Shown: positions 40,895 to 55,410 of the stretch, piece after piece
Numbering within the stretch: the stretch's first letter is position 1
Layout of the letters: every line of letters starts with the position of its first letter
Assembly (NCBI RefSeq): GCF_001194135.2
Contig: NC_068983.1
Span: 108,863,549 to 108,927,548 of the forward strand
From: Octopus bimaculoides
Taxonomy: Eukaryota
Direction: 5' to 3'
Length of the DNA: 64,000 nucleotides
Program-made: the position numbers and the translations under genes
Notes under the pieces: generated by a model
Seen by the model: only the letters and a program-made list of their open reading frames with translations
Databases searched by the model: none
What the model was told of the DNA's origin: nothing

Positions 40895-40950
40895 TACATT
40901 TACGATCGTTTCTGTTTACCAGTTGTAGTGGTAGACATCGTCTGAATATA
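40895..40950 (-). ncRNA. Type-I hammerhead ribozyme motif (family 3), core variant CAGACGA
   Basis: Minus strand reads UAUAUU-CAGACGA-UGUCUACC-loop-GGUAAACA-GAAAC-GAUC-GUA-AAUGUA. Stem I is 6 bp, stem II is 7 of 8 bp, and stem III is the palindrome ACGAUCGU. Confidence 0.6.
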
Positions 40951-41300
40951 GAGTCGTATGTAGAGGTAAGAAGAGCAATAGACATGGGATACATTGGTAA
41001 TGAGAATAAAGACAAAGAATGGTGAGTGTTACATTATAGTAGATTTCTTAGTTGATAATTCTGCTGCAAAGTGGATGTAGGATGGAGTTTATTTTGATCA
41101 CAAACTACAAAATAGTTACTTAATCTTCACCTTTAATTAAAAGTAATCACTCCATAGAACTGTGTTCAGTTGCAAACTAGAGATCATTCTGTATTTTCTC
41201 AAAATTTCACTCACCTGTTCTTAATGAAACCTTGATTTTTTGTATGCATCAACATTTTAATTCTTTCCAAAAGCATCCCAACCTCATTTATAATTCTACT

Positions 41301-41466
41301 ATATGAAGGGTACCAAAAGTAAACAGAAACGTTTCCTGTGGGACAAACCTGTTATAGTTCAGGCTTCCTCCACTAGAAGCCACTTGATGTGACCCTCATG
41401 CATCAATCTGCTGACTGGCGTCTTCAGTTGTTGCAGTTGTACTGCCATGTGATGCATCTCCTCATA
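41301..41466. mobile_element. Mariner-like MITE remnant
   Basis: It begins tatgaagggtaccaaaagtaa and ends gatgcatctcctcata (reverse complement tatgaggagatgcatc), giving degenerate TA-CGAGGG-type termini. Confidence 0.35.
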
Positions 41467-42059
41467 TATTAGTCTTAAACAATAATATTATTGACAGTGA
41501 TGGCTTTACTAGTCAAAGCTTTGAAACCACTGGTAATGATATTGTTTAAAAATAATAAATTTGTACTCTACAAATGTATAGAGTAAGCCATCAGATTGAT
41601 GTAAAATTGTTTTTATTAAAAAAGAACATAAAAACAAAACATTAACATGCACATACATGCATAATGGCTGCAACTCAATTATGAACAATGCTATCACTTG
41701 ATTGTTGCCTTAAAGCAGCACAGATGTGAATTTCCAATTCTTCAGGGTATCTGAACTCTTTTGCACAGATATGCAGAAGAGTTTAAATCCTTTGAATGAC
41801 TGGAAGCAATGTACATATTTCTTCAAAAAGAAGGACAGTTATATATCATTGGATGTAAACAAAGTCACAGGTATTACATCAGAATTTTCTCTCTCTCAGA
41901 GAGATGTCTAAACAAAGACTAATGATCTCTTATATACATATATATGTATGCATACATATGTGCTTACATATATATAACCACAAATGAGATTATAAATGAT
42001 GTGATAATTTACATTGTATGACATTTTGACCATACTGAAGTGGTTGCAATATAGTAATA

Positions 42060-43075
42060 TTTTTTATCGAGAACTATATTTCACATGGAATGCAGATAGT
42101 CCTACCAGATGTTCCTGGAGTTCTCCCCAGAAATTCTGAGCTGATTCAATTGTAAAACATTCTGTCACTTCGTCTCAGATTGTAACAATGACCTTCAATT
42201 CAGGCAACCCCAGCAACACCAGCTACTGAATTAATTTTTGCTTCACAAACACTTCTATCATGGGCTGACTCAGTCTGCACTATTCTTTTTTCATGTGCCA
42301 TGCTTACAGACCTCACCAATCATGGACCTTCATGCCATCATCTCCCGCATACAGCTTCGCACTTTATTAGGGTAATCTTTCTGAAGTCAGCAACTGAAGC
42401 CATCAAGCCTCTTTTTCCTTTCTCTGACTTCTTCCTTTCAGTTTGTTTGGCTCTCATCAAATTCACAAGGCTTTTCTTTTAATACATTGTACAATAAACT
42501 GAGCCCATTGTCTCCTCATGTTGTTGAGATACTTTCTGGTGATCTCTACTCTCCTTAGGACTTTCTCTTGTCTCACTCAAGCTGTATAAGCTATCTTCAG
42601 TGTTCATCTAAAAATCACATCTCTGCAGCATTGATAAACTTTGGAACATGTTTGCTGATGTTTCACATTATACACGCATATGTAATAATGGGTTCTATGT
42701 ACTCCCTAAAACTCTCTCATTTTTATTGATAGCTGTTTATTTGACAATGTCTGTTTTATCTCATTAAAAGCAGCCTAAGCTTGTCCAATCTTTGATTTAA
42801 TTTGTTTGATGTTTTTTTCCCATTAAATGTAATAATGGTTCCCAAATATGTGAACTATTGAACTCTTTCCAGTTGTTCCATTAATTTTTATGTTTCAAGT
42901 TGATGCATTTTTTTTATATTGTCATTCACTCTTTTTTTCTGTTAAAATGCAGACCAATCTTTTCAATCTTACCATTAATAATACTAAGTAATATTTGTAA
43001 CTCTATCTCTGCTGTTATTATGAGGACTGTGTAGTCTGCATTGGTGATGCTCGTGATGTTTTGTCCCTCCTATCT
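42060..43075 (-). mobile_element. Degenerate RTE (BovB-like) LINE RT C-terminal half
   Basis: GQNITSITNADYTVLI..E.ELQ.LL...KIGLHFNRKKSE, ERVQ*FTYLGTII, IKSKIGQA*AAF and YIEPIITY. Confidence 0.75.
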
Positions 43076-43681
43076 CTATAGTTGGTAGAAGTTCTGAACA
43101 TTTATATATAGGACTAAGGAACTGGAAGATAACCAAGGATCAGATTAATCGAAACATTATGTCAAACACAAACACACAAATTGTTACATATGCAATGCAA
43201 ATCATTTAGATTACTGTAACTTCAGTCATGTAAGTTGGTATACACTAATGTTACTGCCACGGGAAAGATTTATAAGCCTTGAGTTTGTAGGATGCCAGAA
43301 ACCAGTGAATCTTCTCACTTGCATATATTGTATCAGCTATTAACAACTTAAATCACTTAGAAACCCTATGCAGATCTTCTCTAACATATGTAGCAACAAC
43401 ATTGTAATGCTGATATGTGGTTTATTAGCTCTTGCAGTACTTAGTTTAACAACTATATGGAAACACACCCTCCATTTATGGCTAAACAATTGAAAGGATG
43501 TATAAATACCTGTTAAAAAGACAATGGCTAAATGAGTAAACTCAAATGGAAAAATCGGAGTGAGGCTTGAAGTGAACTAAATGAATACTTAAAGAAAGTT
43601 TCTATATTTGGGCTGCTTGACTAGCTCAATTTAGCAGCCAAATTTCCACACTTACAATCTGTAAAAGAAGGATCACATATT

Positions 43682-43897
43682 CTTTTCTACTCTAGGCACA
43701 AGGCCTGAAATTTTGGAGGAGCGGGGGACAGTCGATTAAATCGACTCCAGTATGCAACTGGTACTTAATTTATCGACCCTGAAAGGATGAAAGGCAAAGT
43801 TGACCTCTATGGAATTTGAACTCAGAATGTAAAGACAAACGAAATACTGGTAAGCATTTCACCCGTTGTGTTAACGTTTCTACCAGCTCACCACCTT
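43682..43897 (-). mobile_element. SINE family A
   Basis: Near full-length copy matching 52608-52822. Confidence 0.85.
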
Positions 43898-44703
43898 AGA
43901 GGGATCACATATTCTAATACTTATGTTTTCAGATACTATTCAAAACATTAAAGATGAGTTAAGTAAGAAACTTCAACAGATCAATACAGTTAACACCTTA
44001 TATCTGCATAATCTTTGATTGATAATAACTGGAGTGTACATATTACTGAATTTCCGGCAGACAGATATAATCATACATATTGTCTTCTCATAGTATATGA
44101 AGAAGTGACACTTGTTTTATTTCTTCACTTTCATTGTGGAATGAGATTGTAATCTATTCATCTGTTCATACAATTCCTCACTGAGCAGGAAATATCTGAT
44201 TGATAGAAATTTCAGTGAATAGCCTCATTACACCAATGCTAGCACTGCTTTATCTAGTTACTTCCTGTTATCTTGAAGACTTCTCTCTTAAATGAATGTT
44301 AGATTTTCATAAACATTTAGCATTTCTTAAATAGCTAATTCCTTCAGGTTGTTGTGTGATTGTTTCATTATCACTATTGTTGCATATTTTAATAGCAAAT
44401 AGCAAAAGGCTTTGACATCTTCATAATATGGTTTCTGTTCTGCAGAATATTATTTTAAAATCCAGAAGTGTGTGTGTGTGTATGTGTGTATGTGTGTGTG
44501 TGTGCACTATACATGTTAGTTAACTTGTTCTGAGTTCTTTGAGTAACAGTTATCCATCTTTAGATTGTGGGCACACACATGTATATGTATGCATCTCGCA
44601 TCTTCTTTTTCATTCTTTCTTTGTGTGTGTATGTATTTGTGTGTGTATACGTATGTGTGTAAATATACACACACACACAAATATATCTGTGTACATGTGT
44701 GTA

Positions 44704-44771
<68 letters not shown>

Positions 44772-45296
44772 AACACAAGGAGATATAAGTGTGCACAGTT
44801 ACATATGCAGTAACTTTGCCCACATAAACACGATGTAGACCCATTGGATTGAATTTGCAATTAACCAAAATGTACTCAATACCAGTATTGAAATATTTAC
44901 TCAAAAGTCACTACTTATGCCAGTTTCTTACTCAAGTAGGTTTTAACAACTTCCATCACAACATTTCTCATCACAATATTTCTCCACTTTCAAAGTTATT
45001 GTGTTATTGCAATATCCTTACCCCGATTTTGTGGATTTTGTAACATGTACACCAGTCTTAAAATTTTTCTATGCAAATACTACAGTAATAATGATTTGTA
45101 GTATTAAGCTTTAAATTCTTGCACATAGAATGACAATACATACACATACATACATATATATATATAAATATGTATCCAGCAGATTCTATCTCTTTTCTGT
45201 CTCATCTTTACCTAATCTATATTTAGAGATTTAACATTTAAAAGCTATTTGTCTCTGTTAAGTATTTAATCTTATAAAAATTACTATCTATTATGG

Positions 45297-45548
45297 TGGC
45301 ATGTAAAAATACACCATTTTGAGCGTGGCTGTTGTCAGTACCGCCTCACTGGCCTTCATGCCGGTGGCACGTAAAAGCACCCACTACACTCTCGGAGTGG
45401 TTGGTGTTAGGAAGGGTATTCAGCTGTAGAAAGTCTGCCAAATCAGATTGGAGACTGGTGTAGCCATCTGGTTCACCAGTCCTCAGTCAAATCGTCCAAC
45501 CCATGCTAGCATGGAAAGCAGACATTGAACGATGATGATGATGATGAT
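45297..45548 (+). mobile_element. SINE family C (RTE-type 3' tail ending in (GAT)n)
   Basis: gcacccactacactctcggagtggttggtgttaggaagggtatt...gtccaacccatgctagcatggaaagcagacattgaacgatgatgat. Related copies lie at about 11040-11170(-), 15855-16090, 46885-47085(-), 49330-49560, 56270-56480(-) and 59383-59750. Confidence 0.8.
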
Positions 45549-47716
45549 ATACTACTAAAGTAACCTGTTGCAATTTTAAAGTATTTTGCCTCCTCCTCCT
45601 CCTCAAAAGATAGGTAGCAATTTCAAATACAGAGTTGATGTTTTACTGAATTCTTCTGAAACTCAGTAATGTAATTAGCCATAATCAATATTAATTTTGC
45701 TCTTGACACTTATTTATGTTTGAATGAAAGAGATTAATATGACATATCAGAAAAAGAAAAGTTGCTTTTATGGAAAAATTAATAGCAATATTATTAAGTT
45801 TAGTAAAACATGCCAAAATGCCCCGATATATCTACAAATATAATAGTGATTGACAAATAACAAAAGGAAATTCTATCAGCCCTGTACAGAAGATAATGCT
45901 TATGCAATTATGAGTGACTGTAACTACTGGAATATCTTCACAACATTTTGTCCAAAAGTGAGTAAACATGTCAATATTTCATTAGAGTATGATTCTATAT
46001 TTACAATGTACAATTTTTCTAAACTTATAGTAAATCTATTTAGAAAGTTTCTACATATAGTATCTGTGAACCTAATTGAATTCACATAAAGTAATCAACT
46101 TTATTTAAAGTAGTGTAACAAAATCAAAACAAAGAGTATATTTTCGAAAGAAAAGAATGGAATTACAAAGAAAAAGGCACAAACTAGGTATGAAAAATTG
46201 TTGAGCTTGAACAAACTACTGTGGATTAAAGGTTAGTACCTAGATTTAATTTTTGTTGCATTAAGTAGATCATGGTATACTTTTGCCTTTTTATATCCAG
46301 AAAATTTCCAAGAAGACCTGTTATGAGTTAAACAGAAAAGTATAATAGCGAATATTTTTCAGTGATATAAATACTTGCTAGAGGATCCAAACTCAAAATC
46401 ATGAGTCAAATGACTCGTGATTTTGAGTTTATTTATCTGCTTATCTCTTTCTTTAAAGTAAGCCAAATAAAGCTAGCTAGATATGTACGTAAATATTCAC
46501 TAAATCATGATGCAGTCAGCCTTTTATTTGGCAGACATCAATAACAAAATCCTTGACAATTTCCAGTGAGACTTCTATCATAAATGTATAGGTAAATTAA
46601 TCTTGGACTATCTTAACCACAATCATCTACAAAAATTATAAAACTGAAAAGGCCTGATATTAAATTTATTGCAATTATACTATGAAAATGGCTGAGTTCA
46701 TATAACAACAGCTTCTCAGTTTAAAAAATTGTAGGTAAGTTTCTATAGTTGATGACAAATTACAACTTGATACCAAATATTTCTTGTCTTGTTTATCACT
46801 GTACAATCTTCTCTAAATAAATCTGATCTCTTTCACTTTGTAAGTTGCAAGGCAATAATAAAATGATTGATAATTGATTTGAACATCATTGAGATGGCTT
46901 TTCATTCATGCTGATGACAAAGTAACTTTTGTAGTGCCAGTGCCACAAAAATGCACCCAATCCACTCTGTAAAGTGATTGGTGTTACCAAGGGCATCCAT
47001 TCATAATAATCGTACCAAAGTGAGACTTCAGAGGGAGATGAGGTCCTCCAGCCTGTTAAGACCATCCTGTTCATACCAACATGGGAAACAAAGGTAAAAT
47101 TATGCTGTTACTTATGATAATAAATAAATAAATAAATATAGATAGACAGACTGGCAGATATACATATATTAATGTGTATTTGCAGGTGTTCATGTCTCCT
47201 TACTTTGACATCAGACAGTAGTTGTAAATGAGCATTACTGTAATACAAACAGTGATATTCATTTACAATCTCCCTTGGAAACATGTCAAGTAATTATGCT
47301 CTTTGTGTTTGATGGACTTGGGGGAAAATATTACTTTGCTTGGAAATAGGTGGTGTTTTGTGACATTAAGAGCATCCAGGTATAGAAAAATCTGCCTCAA
47401 TGAAAATCTTCTGATCCATTAGAGGAAAACAAATGCTAAAAGCTCTAAGATATATTCTATTACATCTTCATCAGTTACTAAAGTATGTTAGACATCAAAC
47501 TTGATGTTGGCTTGTCATAATTATACTAGTAATCTGACTATTAGATGGTATGTCAGGATTCATAGCATTCTTAAAATTATCAGGAATCTCTTATTTGTAA
47601 CTCAACTAGGGTTTTGGAGAAATTATTAATGGTAATAGTAAAAATGTTCCATCAACCGCACAGAAAATGTTTTTATCTAACCAAAACTTTTATCTGTGTA
47701 TATTATAGTTAGATAA

Positions 47717-47935
47717 GGGGGCAAGCTGCTAGAATCATTAGTATACCAGGAAAAATGCTTAGCAGCATTTCATCTATCCTTACATTCTGAGTTCAAATTC
47801 CATCAAAGTCAACTTTGCTTTCATCCTTTCAGGGTCACTAAAATAAATACCAGTTGAGCAGTGGAGTTGATGTGATCAACTTATATCCTTCCTCAAAATT
47901 TCTGGCCTTGTGTCAAAATTTGAAATCATTATTTA
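47717..47935 (+). mobile_element. SINE family A
   Basis: Forward-orientation copy of the family. Confidence 0.8.
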
Positions 47936-50049
47936 TAGCTAGATATTGAATTTTTTTTTTTCATTTCACTTGTTTCTTTTTTTATATTTCATTAACTTAA
48001 TGGAGGAAGGGCAACAACTGTAACTATTCAGAAACCCCAAAACTGTGGGAGAAAGGGTGGAAAATTATCTTTAGTCTATTGACCTGGTCTAAATTGTTGC
48101 ACGCACAATGGATTCGGTTGTATGCACCAAACAAGTAGGTGGTGCTAAACTAGGTGACAGAAGATTAAATCTCTAGCCTGAGAACAAAAACAATACTTTT
48201 AACAGGTTTCCATACAATTGGTACCTAAGTTTTACCAACAAGGCTTCAATAGATCTGAGGCTAATGTAGTAGATGCCCAGGGTGTCACATTGTATGATTG
48301 AATTTGAAATCTATAATTTCAAAGTGAACTTTTTAACTATACAGCCATGCTTGTGCTCTTCTCTCTCTTTCCATCTCTCTTCCTTTCAACTATCAGTTCC
48401 CATCAGAATGTACAGCTTTGTCTTACACATTATACATACATATATATATATATATATATTCACACTACTGTCTAACATAGTTAACTCACTTTACAAATAA
48501 CTTGACATATGTTAGTTGAAAGATAATTGGTTTAAATGAGTTTAAAAGTTCATAAGAAATTTTTTAAAATAAAATTTCCACATATAAGTATTTGTTGTTT
48601 TCATCGAAATATAGAATTTTGTTAAGAAATAAGCAGTAAAATTTTGTTAATGTGCTTTTAAACACATATTTTATAGCTGAAAAGTATGAAGATAAAGCAT
48701 TATATCTGAAAGTCTCTATCTGAATACTTTCTTAATTAACTATGTTATGTTCATCAGGATACATGTTTTAACAGTTCATTTTATAAATTACCTACTAGGA
48801 ATTTGAGCAGCTTTTGATGACTACCGTGGCTTTATAATAATCCATTAAAATTTGAAAGACTTTTACATGACTTCTCTACAAAACACAGGACCAGAATTTG
48901 AAGAGAAATAGTTAATTAAATTGACTTTTGTTTGTTATTGATTCTTATTTTACAACCCAGCATTATTTGAACTCCAAACATTGAGAGATGAAATTAAATA
49001 CAGCTTTTATTCTTATTGTTTATTATTGTTAAAACATCCTTCTAGTGAGGCTTTCATTTAAATATGATAGATTCCCTACTGGTTTTCACGATGAACATAC
49101 AGTTTGTTGATCAACTGAATGTTAGACTTTTAAATTATTGAGTACCCCACTGATACATGTGCCCTTAAAGAATCTAAATTAGTATAACATATGTAACATT
49201 TGTGGACTTTTGAATTACAGGTTCAATCCATGCAGCATGCTTTCACGCAGTTTTCATCTATTCAGTTTCACTCACAAAGCTTAGCTGAACCTGAAGTCAC
49301 GGTAAAAATACTTGCTCAAGATTCCATGCAGGGCCTGTGCAGTGCCACATAAAAGTGCTTGTGCAGTGCCACATAAAACCTCCCATGCAGTGCCATGTAA
49401 AAGCATCCAGCACACTCTGTAAAGTGATTGGTTTTAGGAAGGACATCCATCCATAGAAACCATGTCAAATCAGACTTGAGTCTGGTGCAGCTCCCCAGCT
49501 CTGGTCAGACCGTCCAACTCATGCTAGCATGGGGAATGGACATCAAATGATGATGATGGGATTGAACTTGGGACCACATGATTGTGTAGTGAATTTTGTA
49601 ACCACTAGATTATTTCTGTGTCCACAGGTGATAAAACCAGAAGTGCAGTTAGTAACCATAGTAATAATATCAAATAATAATGCTGCATTAAGGGCTATTT
49701 TAGTTGAGGAGTGGCAATAGAATTTTACTAAGTTACCATAGGACCTCTTTACAAGATATCAAAAGATTCAGGTGCAGTTTGGAAGGTGTGAAAATTTTTA
49801 ATTTGTGCATTGTATGAAAAATCTTTTGCTTTCCAAAGGTAGTTTTGCTGGCATAAAAGTCAACTGACCAATCTGCAACAATTCACTCACTAACATGCTT
49901 CAACTTCTAGTCCACTAAACCACTGTTTATTTTCTCTGTCTCTTCTACCACCAATGGCTATAACTGCCTCAGTTTATCTGAACCAACTGTTTATATATCA
50001 TCCCATCCAGGCCGTTTTCACACATCTGCCCCAATCCCTTTCTCCTCTT

Positions 50050-50405
50050 AATTGTTGTTGGCACTCCGTCACTTACGACGTTGGAGTTCCAGTTGATCCG
50101 ATCAACAGGACAGCCTGCTCATGAAATTAATGTGCAAGTGGCTGAGCATTCCACAGACACGTGTACCCAGCGTGACACAGTGTGACAATGCTGACCCTTT
50201 GAATTACAGGCACAACAGAAACAGGAAGTAAGAGAAAGTTGTGGTGAAAGAGTACAGCAGGGTTCGCCACCATCCCCTGCCGGAGCCTCGTGGAGCTTTA
50301 GGTGTTTTCACTCAATAAACACTCACAACGCCCTGTCTGGGAATCAAAACCGTGATCCTATGACCGCGAGTCTGTTGCCCTAACCACTGGGCCATTGCAC
50401 CTCCA
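50050..50405 (-). mobile_element. tRNA-headed SINE (family D) with a CpG-richer body
   Basis: The minus-strand head reads gcaatggcccagtggttaggg...ggttttgattcccagac (A/B-box-like), and the 3' end reads gacggagtgccaacaacaa. Confidence 0.8.
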
Positions 50406-51849
50406 CTCCTCCTCTTAATACTATATATTAAATGTTTCATTAAATAATAAAATATATTTCGTCTAGTTTAACATAAAATGCATAGAACTTTTTCACCATT
50501 TATTTTAAACTAGCATGCCACTTAATTAAATAAATTAAAATACGTTATTGTCACTAATTATAATTCTGCTACTTTTTGTGTAAATCATATTACACTTAAA
50601 AGACTGTTCAAGCTTGGTAAAAGCTCACTATTGTCATTTTCGTACAATGAATCATAAGTTACATAAATCCTAACTTATATAAAACATGATATAATCTTAT
50701 TTTATTCTTCAATTTGAAATGTTTAATTACCATATGAGGAGAAGAATAAATCATCTTAGAATAGGATTAGATTAATATTTCTTCCATCATTCTGCAGCAT
50801 ATTACCATCTATAAATTGTTGTGGCATTACAATGTAGCGAACATGAAAAATGTAAAGATATTTAATGAAGAGTAGAAATACAAGTTATTTCACAAAAGGA
50901 CAGTTCTCTTTGTGCATACATAAACCTTAGAGCATGAATATTTGAAATTTTCAGATTTGGACTCTACTCAATGTCTATGGATTCAGTAGTTATTTGTCTG
51001 AGTGCTATAGCATCATGCTGAAGCACATCATATTTATTCCATACTATAATTTACTACCGATAACATTGAAAAGATTAAAAATAGTTTTTTTTTTATCTCT
51101 GCTGTAATTTATCAAAGTTTAATGTTTTGAAGAATCATTATTAATCAGGTTTCCCTTTCTTTAGTATGGCTATATTTCTTATAAAAGAGCTGTAGTCATT
51201 TTGAACTGAAAATAGATGATATAAAATGTTTTAGCATTGTTCAAAATAGATACTTATATAACATATCTTCTATAATATTTCTTTTAAAACCAGAGACAAT
51301 TAATAAATTAAAAGAATGAACAACATTATGATTAATAAATCTCCTTTTAAGAGTGTGTAATTTAGCAAGTTGTGAACTGAAGTCGGTTTGCTTTGCTTTT
51401 ATTGCATTGATTTACTGTTGACAAGTTAGCTTAGTGGGTATAAAACAACTCACTATTTTCAGTTGAAGAGGTTATTATTTTAGCTGCATAAAAAGCAACA
51501 CAAAAATAGACATTATATAAAATCCCTAAAACTTTCCAGACCATTTGTAATATTCTTTTATGGTTATAACATAACTCATTGGTTATAAATACAAATATTG
51601 AAAATACTAAATTGTGTTTTTAATAGGCATCAAAGTAGGAAGGAAAATCAATTTTGAGAACTTACTTTTTATTCTTAACATTCACACAGGGATGAACTGG
51701 TGGTTTAAACACCAACCAAACACACACACACACACACATTGTGAGAAAATATGATTAATACAAACCCTTAAAATATTGGAAGTTTATATTGATGGAAATA
51801 TAAAAATGTAAAAGAAGGAATGAAGTTCTGCAATGTATGCAATGTTTAC

Positions 51850-52000
51850 TGTGAATTTATGAAGACTGATGAATTAAAAATTAAAAAAAATACAGGATGG
51901 AATAATATTGTGAAATTAGCCAAAGAAATAGCCATGAAGGGGGAAAATATAATTAAATGCTCTGAGTCGTTGAAGTCACATGAACAGGAAATTTGCAGAG
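51850..52000 (+). mobile_element. Possible Tigger/pogo transposase C-terminal relic
   Basis: NIVKLAKEIAMKGE...SLKSHEQEI resembles the pogo C-terminal pattern IV.LAK..GGEGF...ELL.SH..EL. Confidence 0.35.
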
Positions 52001-52399
52001 TGAAATTAGTAGCTTTTATTATTTCAAACACTTATTTAATAAATTAAACAAATTTTTTAGAAATGTCGTGGATAAACTAATATTTGAACATTTGAATAAT
52101 AATGATGAAACTATAATAACTAGATGCCCTTTCATCTAAATAATAGTACAAATATCAAGTAAACAAGTTGAGGAAGCAAACAGTGTAATACAGCTTGATA
52201 AGGAGCATCAAATAATGACTGGAGTATGACTAAACTCCTATTCAATTATTGACTACTATAGCACTTTAATCCTACACTTGTGTTTTTCCAACACATGTAC
52301 TCACACGTTTAATTTCCCATTTTGGATTATAATTTTCATCATCTAGACTACAAAATATTTCTCAAGTTTATTGAACTGAGGAAGCTTAATATTGATTTT

Positions 52400-52822
52400 A
52401 CCAGCAATTTCGTGTGAAGGGATAAGTCATTTACATCCACCCAGTATTCAACTGGTATTCATTTTATTGACCCCTGAAAGGATGAATGGGAAAGTCAACA
52501 CTGGTAGCATTTGAACTCAGATCACAGTGTTAGAAGAAATGCCAATAAGCATTTTTCCCAGCACAGTAATGATTCTGTTAGCTCACCACCCAGCAAATCC
52601 TATATATTCTTTTCTACTCTAGGTGTAAGGCCTGAAATTTTAGGGGAGGGGGCTAGTCGATTAGATCGACTCCAGTATGCAACTGGTACTTAATTTATCG
52701 ACCACGAAAGGATGAAAGGCAAAGTCAACCTTGGCAGAATTTGATCTCAGAATGTAAAGACAAACGAAATACCACTAAGCATTTCACCCATCATGCTAAC
52801 GTTTCTGCCAGCTCACCACCTT
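52400..52822 (-). mobile_element. Two adjacent SINE family A copies (52400-52590 and 52608-52822)
   Basis: Both contain ccc.gaaaggatgaa.gg.aaagtcaac...atttga.ctcag...cagctcaccacc. Confidence 0.85.
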
Positions 52823-54499
52823 ATAAATCCTATTTATTAAATGGTAGTTTAGCTTGTTCATTCAAAAGCGTGTAACAAATAACTATATTAAAAAATGTAT
52901 AGATGTACTATAATAAATTAAATTATTATTAGAAATTGAAATTTGAATTAACTCTTTTCTTTAGAATTCAAGCACTTATTTATTCTTATTAGTCTTATCT
53001 ATTTTATTGATAGGTTAAGGAAAGAGTTATTGCATGTCCATTAAGACATCCTCTAGGATTGCTATCAAATCTAAATTCATAGCGTCTGTCCAAACAGAAG
53101 GGGTTGTAAACTTTCTTAGTATTTCTACAATTCAATTTGAGATTTTACTTACCTTTAGTGATGGATTAATTAAGATAGAATGGTAGATAAGTATTTACAT
53201 ATTTTAAACAGTGCTTCACAGAAACGTAAAGCAAATGCAAAACTGAATAAAAATGAAAGCTTCTTATTTTTTTTATCCACTTTTGTTTTATAAAATCTGT
53301 AGAGTACTGTTGAAAATGTTAACTATAATTTTACTACACTTTTCTAGTACATAAGATTTTGTTACTCAGTTCATGATAAACATTCCTCAATGAAATATTT
53401 TTGCACTGTTTATTTCTAACTTATTTTGAAAGCTTAAAGAAATTGTTAATTGCAGATAATGAACTACATGCTGAAGATTCTTTTGCTAAGCCTCTTTTTA
53501 ACATATATTTAAGAAACTTGTAAGAGATTGATAATGATATAATTAAGATATATAATTAGAAAAATTTTAATAACAAGAAATACAAATTTATATTAAGTTT
53601 GCAGAAGAAATACAATTTTGTCAAATGTTGTCTTCTTTAAGGCAAAAATAAGAATAAAAGTATAACTTAATAGCTTTCTATGTATTTCCAAAGAATATAT
53701 GGTAATAATAGTTCAAGATTTTCATTTCAAAAATTATTTTATCTGTATTTTTTAAAATAAAATGTTGTAATATAGCCAAAATAAAATTTATTCTTGCCAA
53801 AAATAGTTGATAGATTGTACTGATCGGCACATTAAATTATTTTCATTTGGCAGAGACACTTTGGAGAAACTTGTCATCAGACATAACTAACATGATGGAA
53901 ACATTAAGCTTAGGGTTAAATTTTCAATAGTATTTATCAGTCTCTTAGTACATTCTGGTTAATGATCTGAAGCACTTCAAATGAATGGCAACAGAATCAA
54001 GTTTGATATTTAGTTGTCTGATTTATTTACATTTACCATTGTTTAGGAAACTTCTCAAATTCTTAAGTTGAAGAGTCAAAGCAGCTGCTATTATTTTTGA
54101 GCATAGGTATTTCTGTAGTACACTTTTACTGCCAACGTTAACAAATCACACAAACTTCAATCTTTTAAGAAAATAACCCCCTATCTTTAGATATTAAATA
54201 TCTACTGGTTTTAGTATTCATTAAATTCAGAAGGTAAACTATATTCCTGCATTACATGTATCAGTAATAAATGACTATGAACTACCAATTAGAATTATCC
54301 TACAATTATCTTCTTTAAACTAAGGAACATACATCAAACTGAAGTAAATTTAACTGATGAAGTGATGAGATTTCAGAAGCATCATTAGTACAGACTGAAG
54401 AAATAGCTTAGAGATATATCATGAGGTATGAGTGAAAACAGTAGAACAGTAAGGCACTTAGATTTGATTCTCAAAAGAGAAATTTATGAAATTCAGCAA

Positions 54500-54945
54500 C
54501 ATGAGATCAGCTTCCACCACTTATACCATGTTATCGTTGACCTTTCTTTGCTGTAGGCTCGTTCATATTTGATCTTTAGATGTTTCTTTACCAAGTATCA
54601 TCCTCTGTTTGCATTCCATATTAGAGCTAGTACAGTTTAGGCACTTGTACAGTATGTCCAAGTCTTCTTCTAGCTAGTTTTTTTCTCAAATCATTTGTGT
54701 TGCATTGTTTATACACACAAACATTACACAACCACTAAAGAATGCTTGCGTCATTTCTTTCCAACTGTTGTATATACCCTACATCCAATGCTCACATTTC
54801 ATTACCTATGTGACATTGCACATCAAATGCCAGAATCATATACAATCTACCCTTCACTCTGAATGAATATCCCCTTGATCTGTCCTTGATCTTGCTACTA
54901 TGCTTTTAAAGCACTCATCTCCACTCCTAATAAGGTCTAGTCATT
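54500..54945 (-). mobile_element. Degenerate RTE LINE fragment
   Basis: DLIRSGDECFKSIVAR..RVKGRLY..QQLERNDASIL*WLCNV. Confidence 0.7.
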
Positions 54946-55410
54946 TAAAAGAATTTACTCTATGTGCATTTTTACTGTTAACTACTTCTGTGCATATTAA
55001 ATCTTTCTTCTGTCAGACTGTCTATGATTCCATTGTACTTCTTGCAAACCTTTAGTTTACACTATGTACACTGTATCAAAATTTTATGTGTTCCTTTTCT
55101 GTATTAACAGTCTTCTCTTGATTGATAAATAACAAGGTATAGCGATCTACATTTAATTACAAATTTCACTTGTAGTTGTCTTACAAAGAAGGGAATTTGG
55201 TTTGGTTTGACATTGAAATTAAGCATTTATAATAAGTATTTAAAATAATCTTGAGAATTCATTGGAAATAGTGTGAGGTGATTGTCGTTAAGTGGTTTCC
55301 AGATGGATATATGGATATGTGCCTGAAGATAAAACAGTAGATAAAATGTTTAATACAGAGTGTAATATGTAAATTAATGTATAAATGATAAAAGGAAGAG
55401 AAGCAAATAC

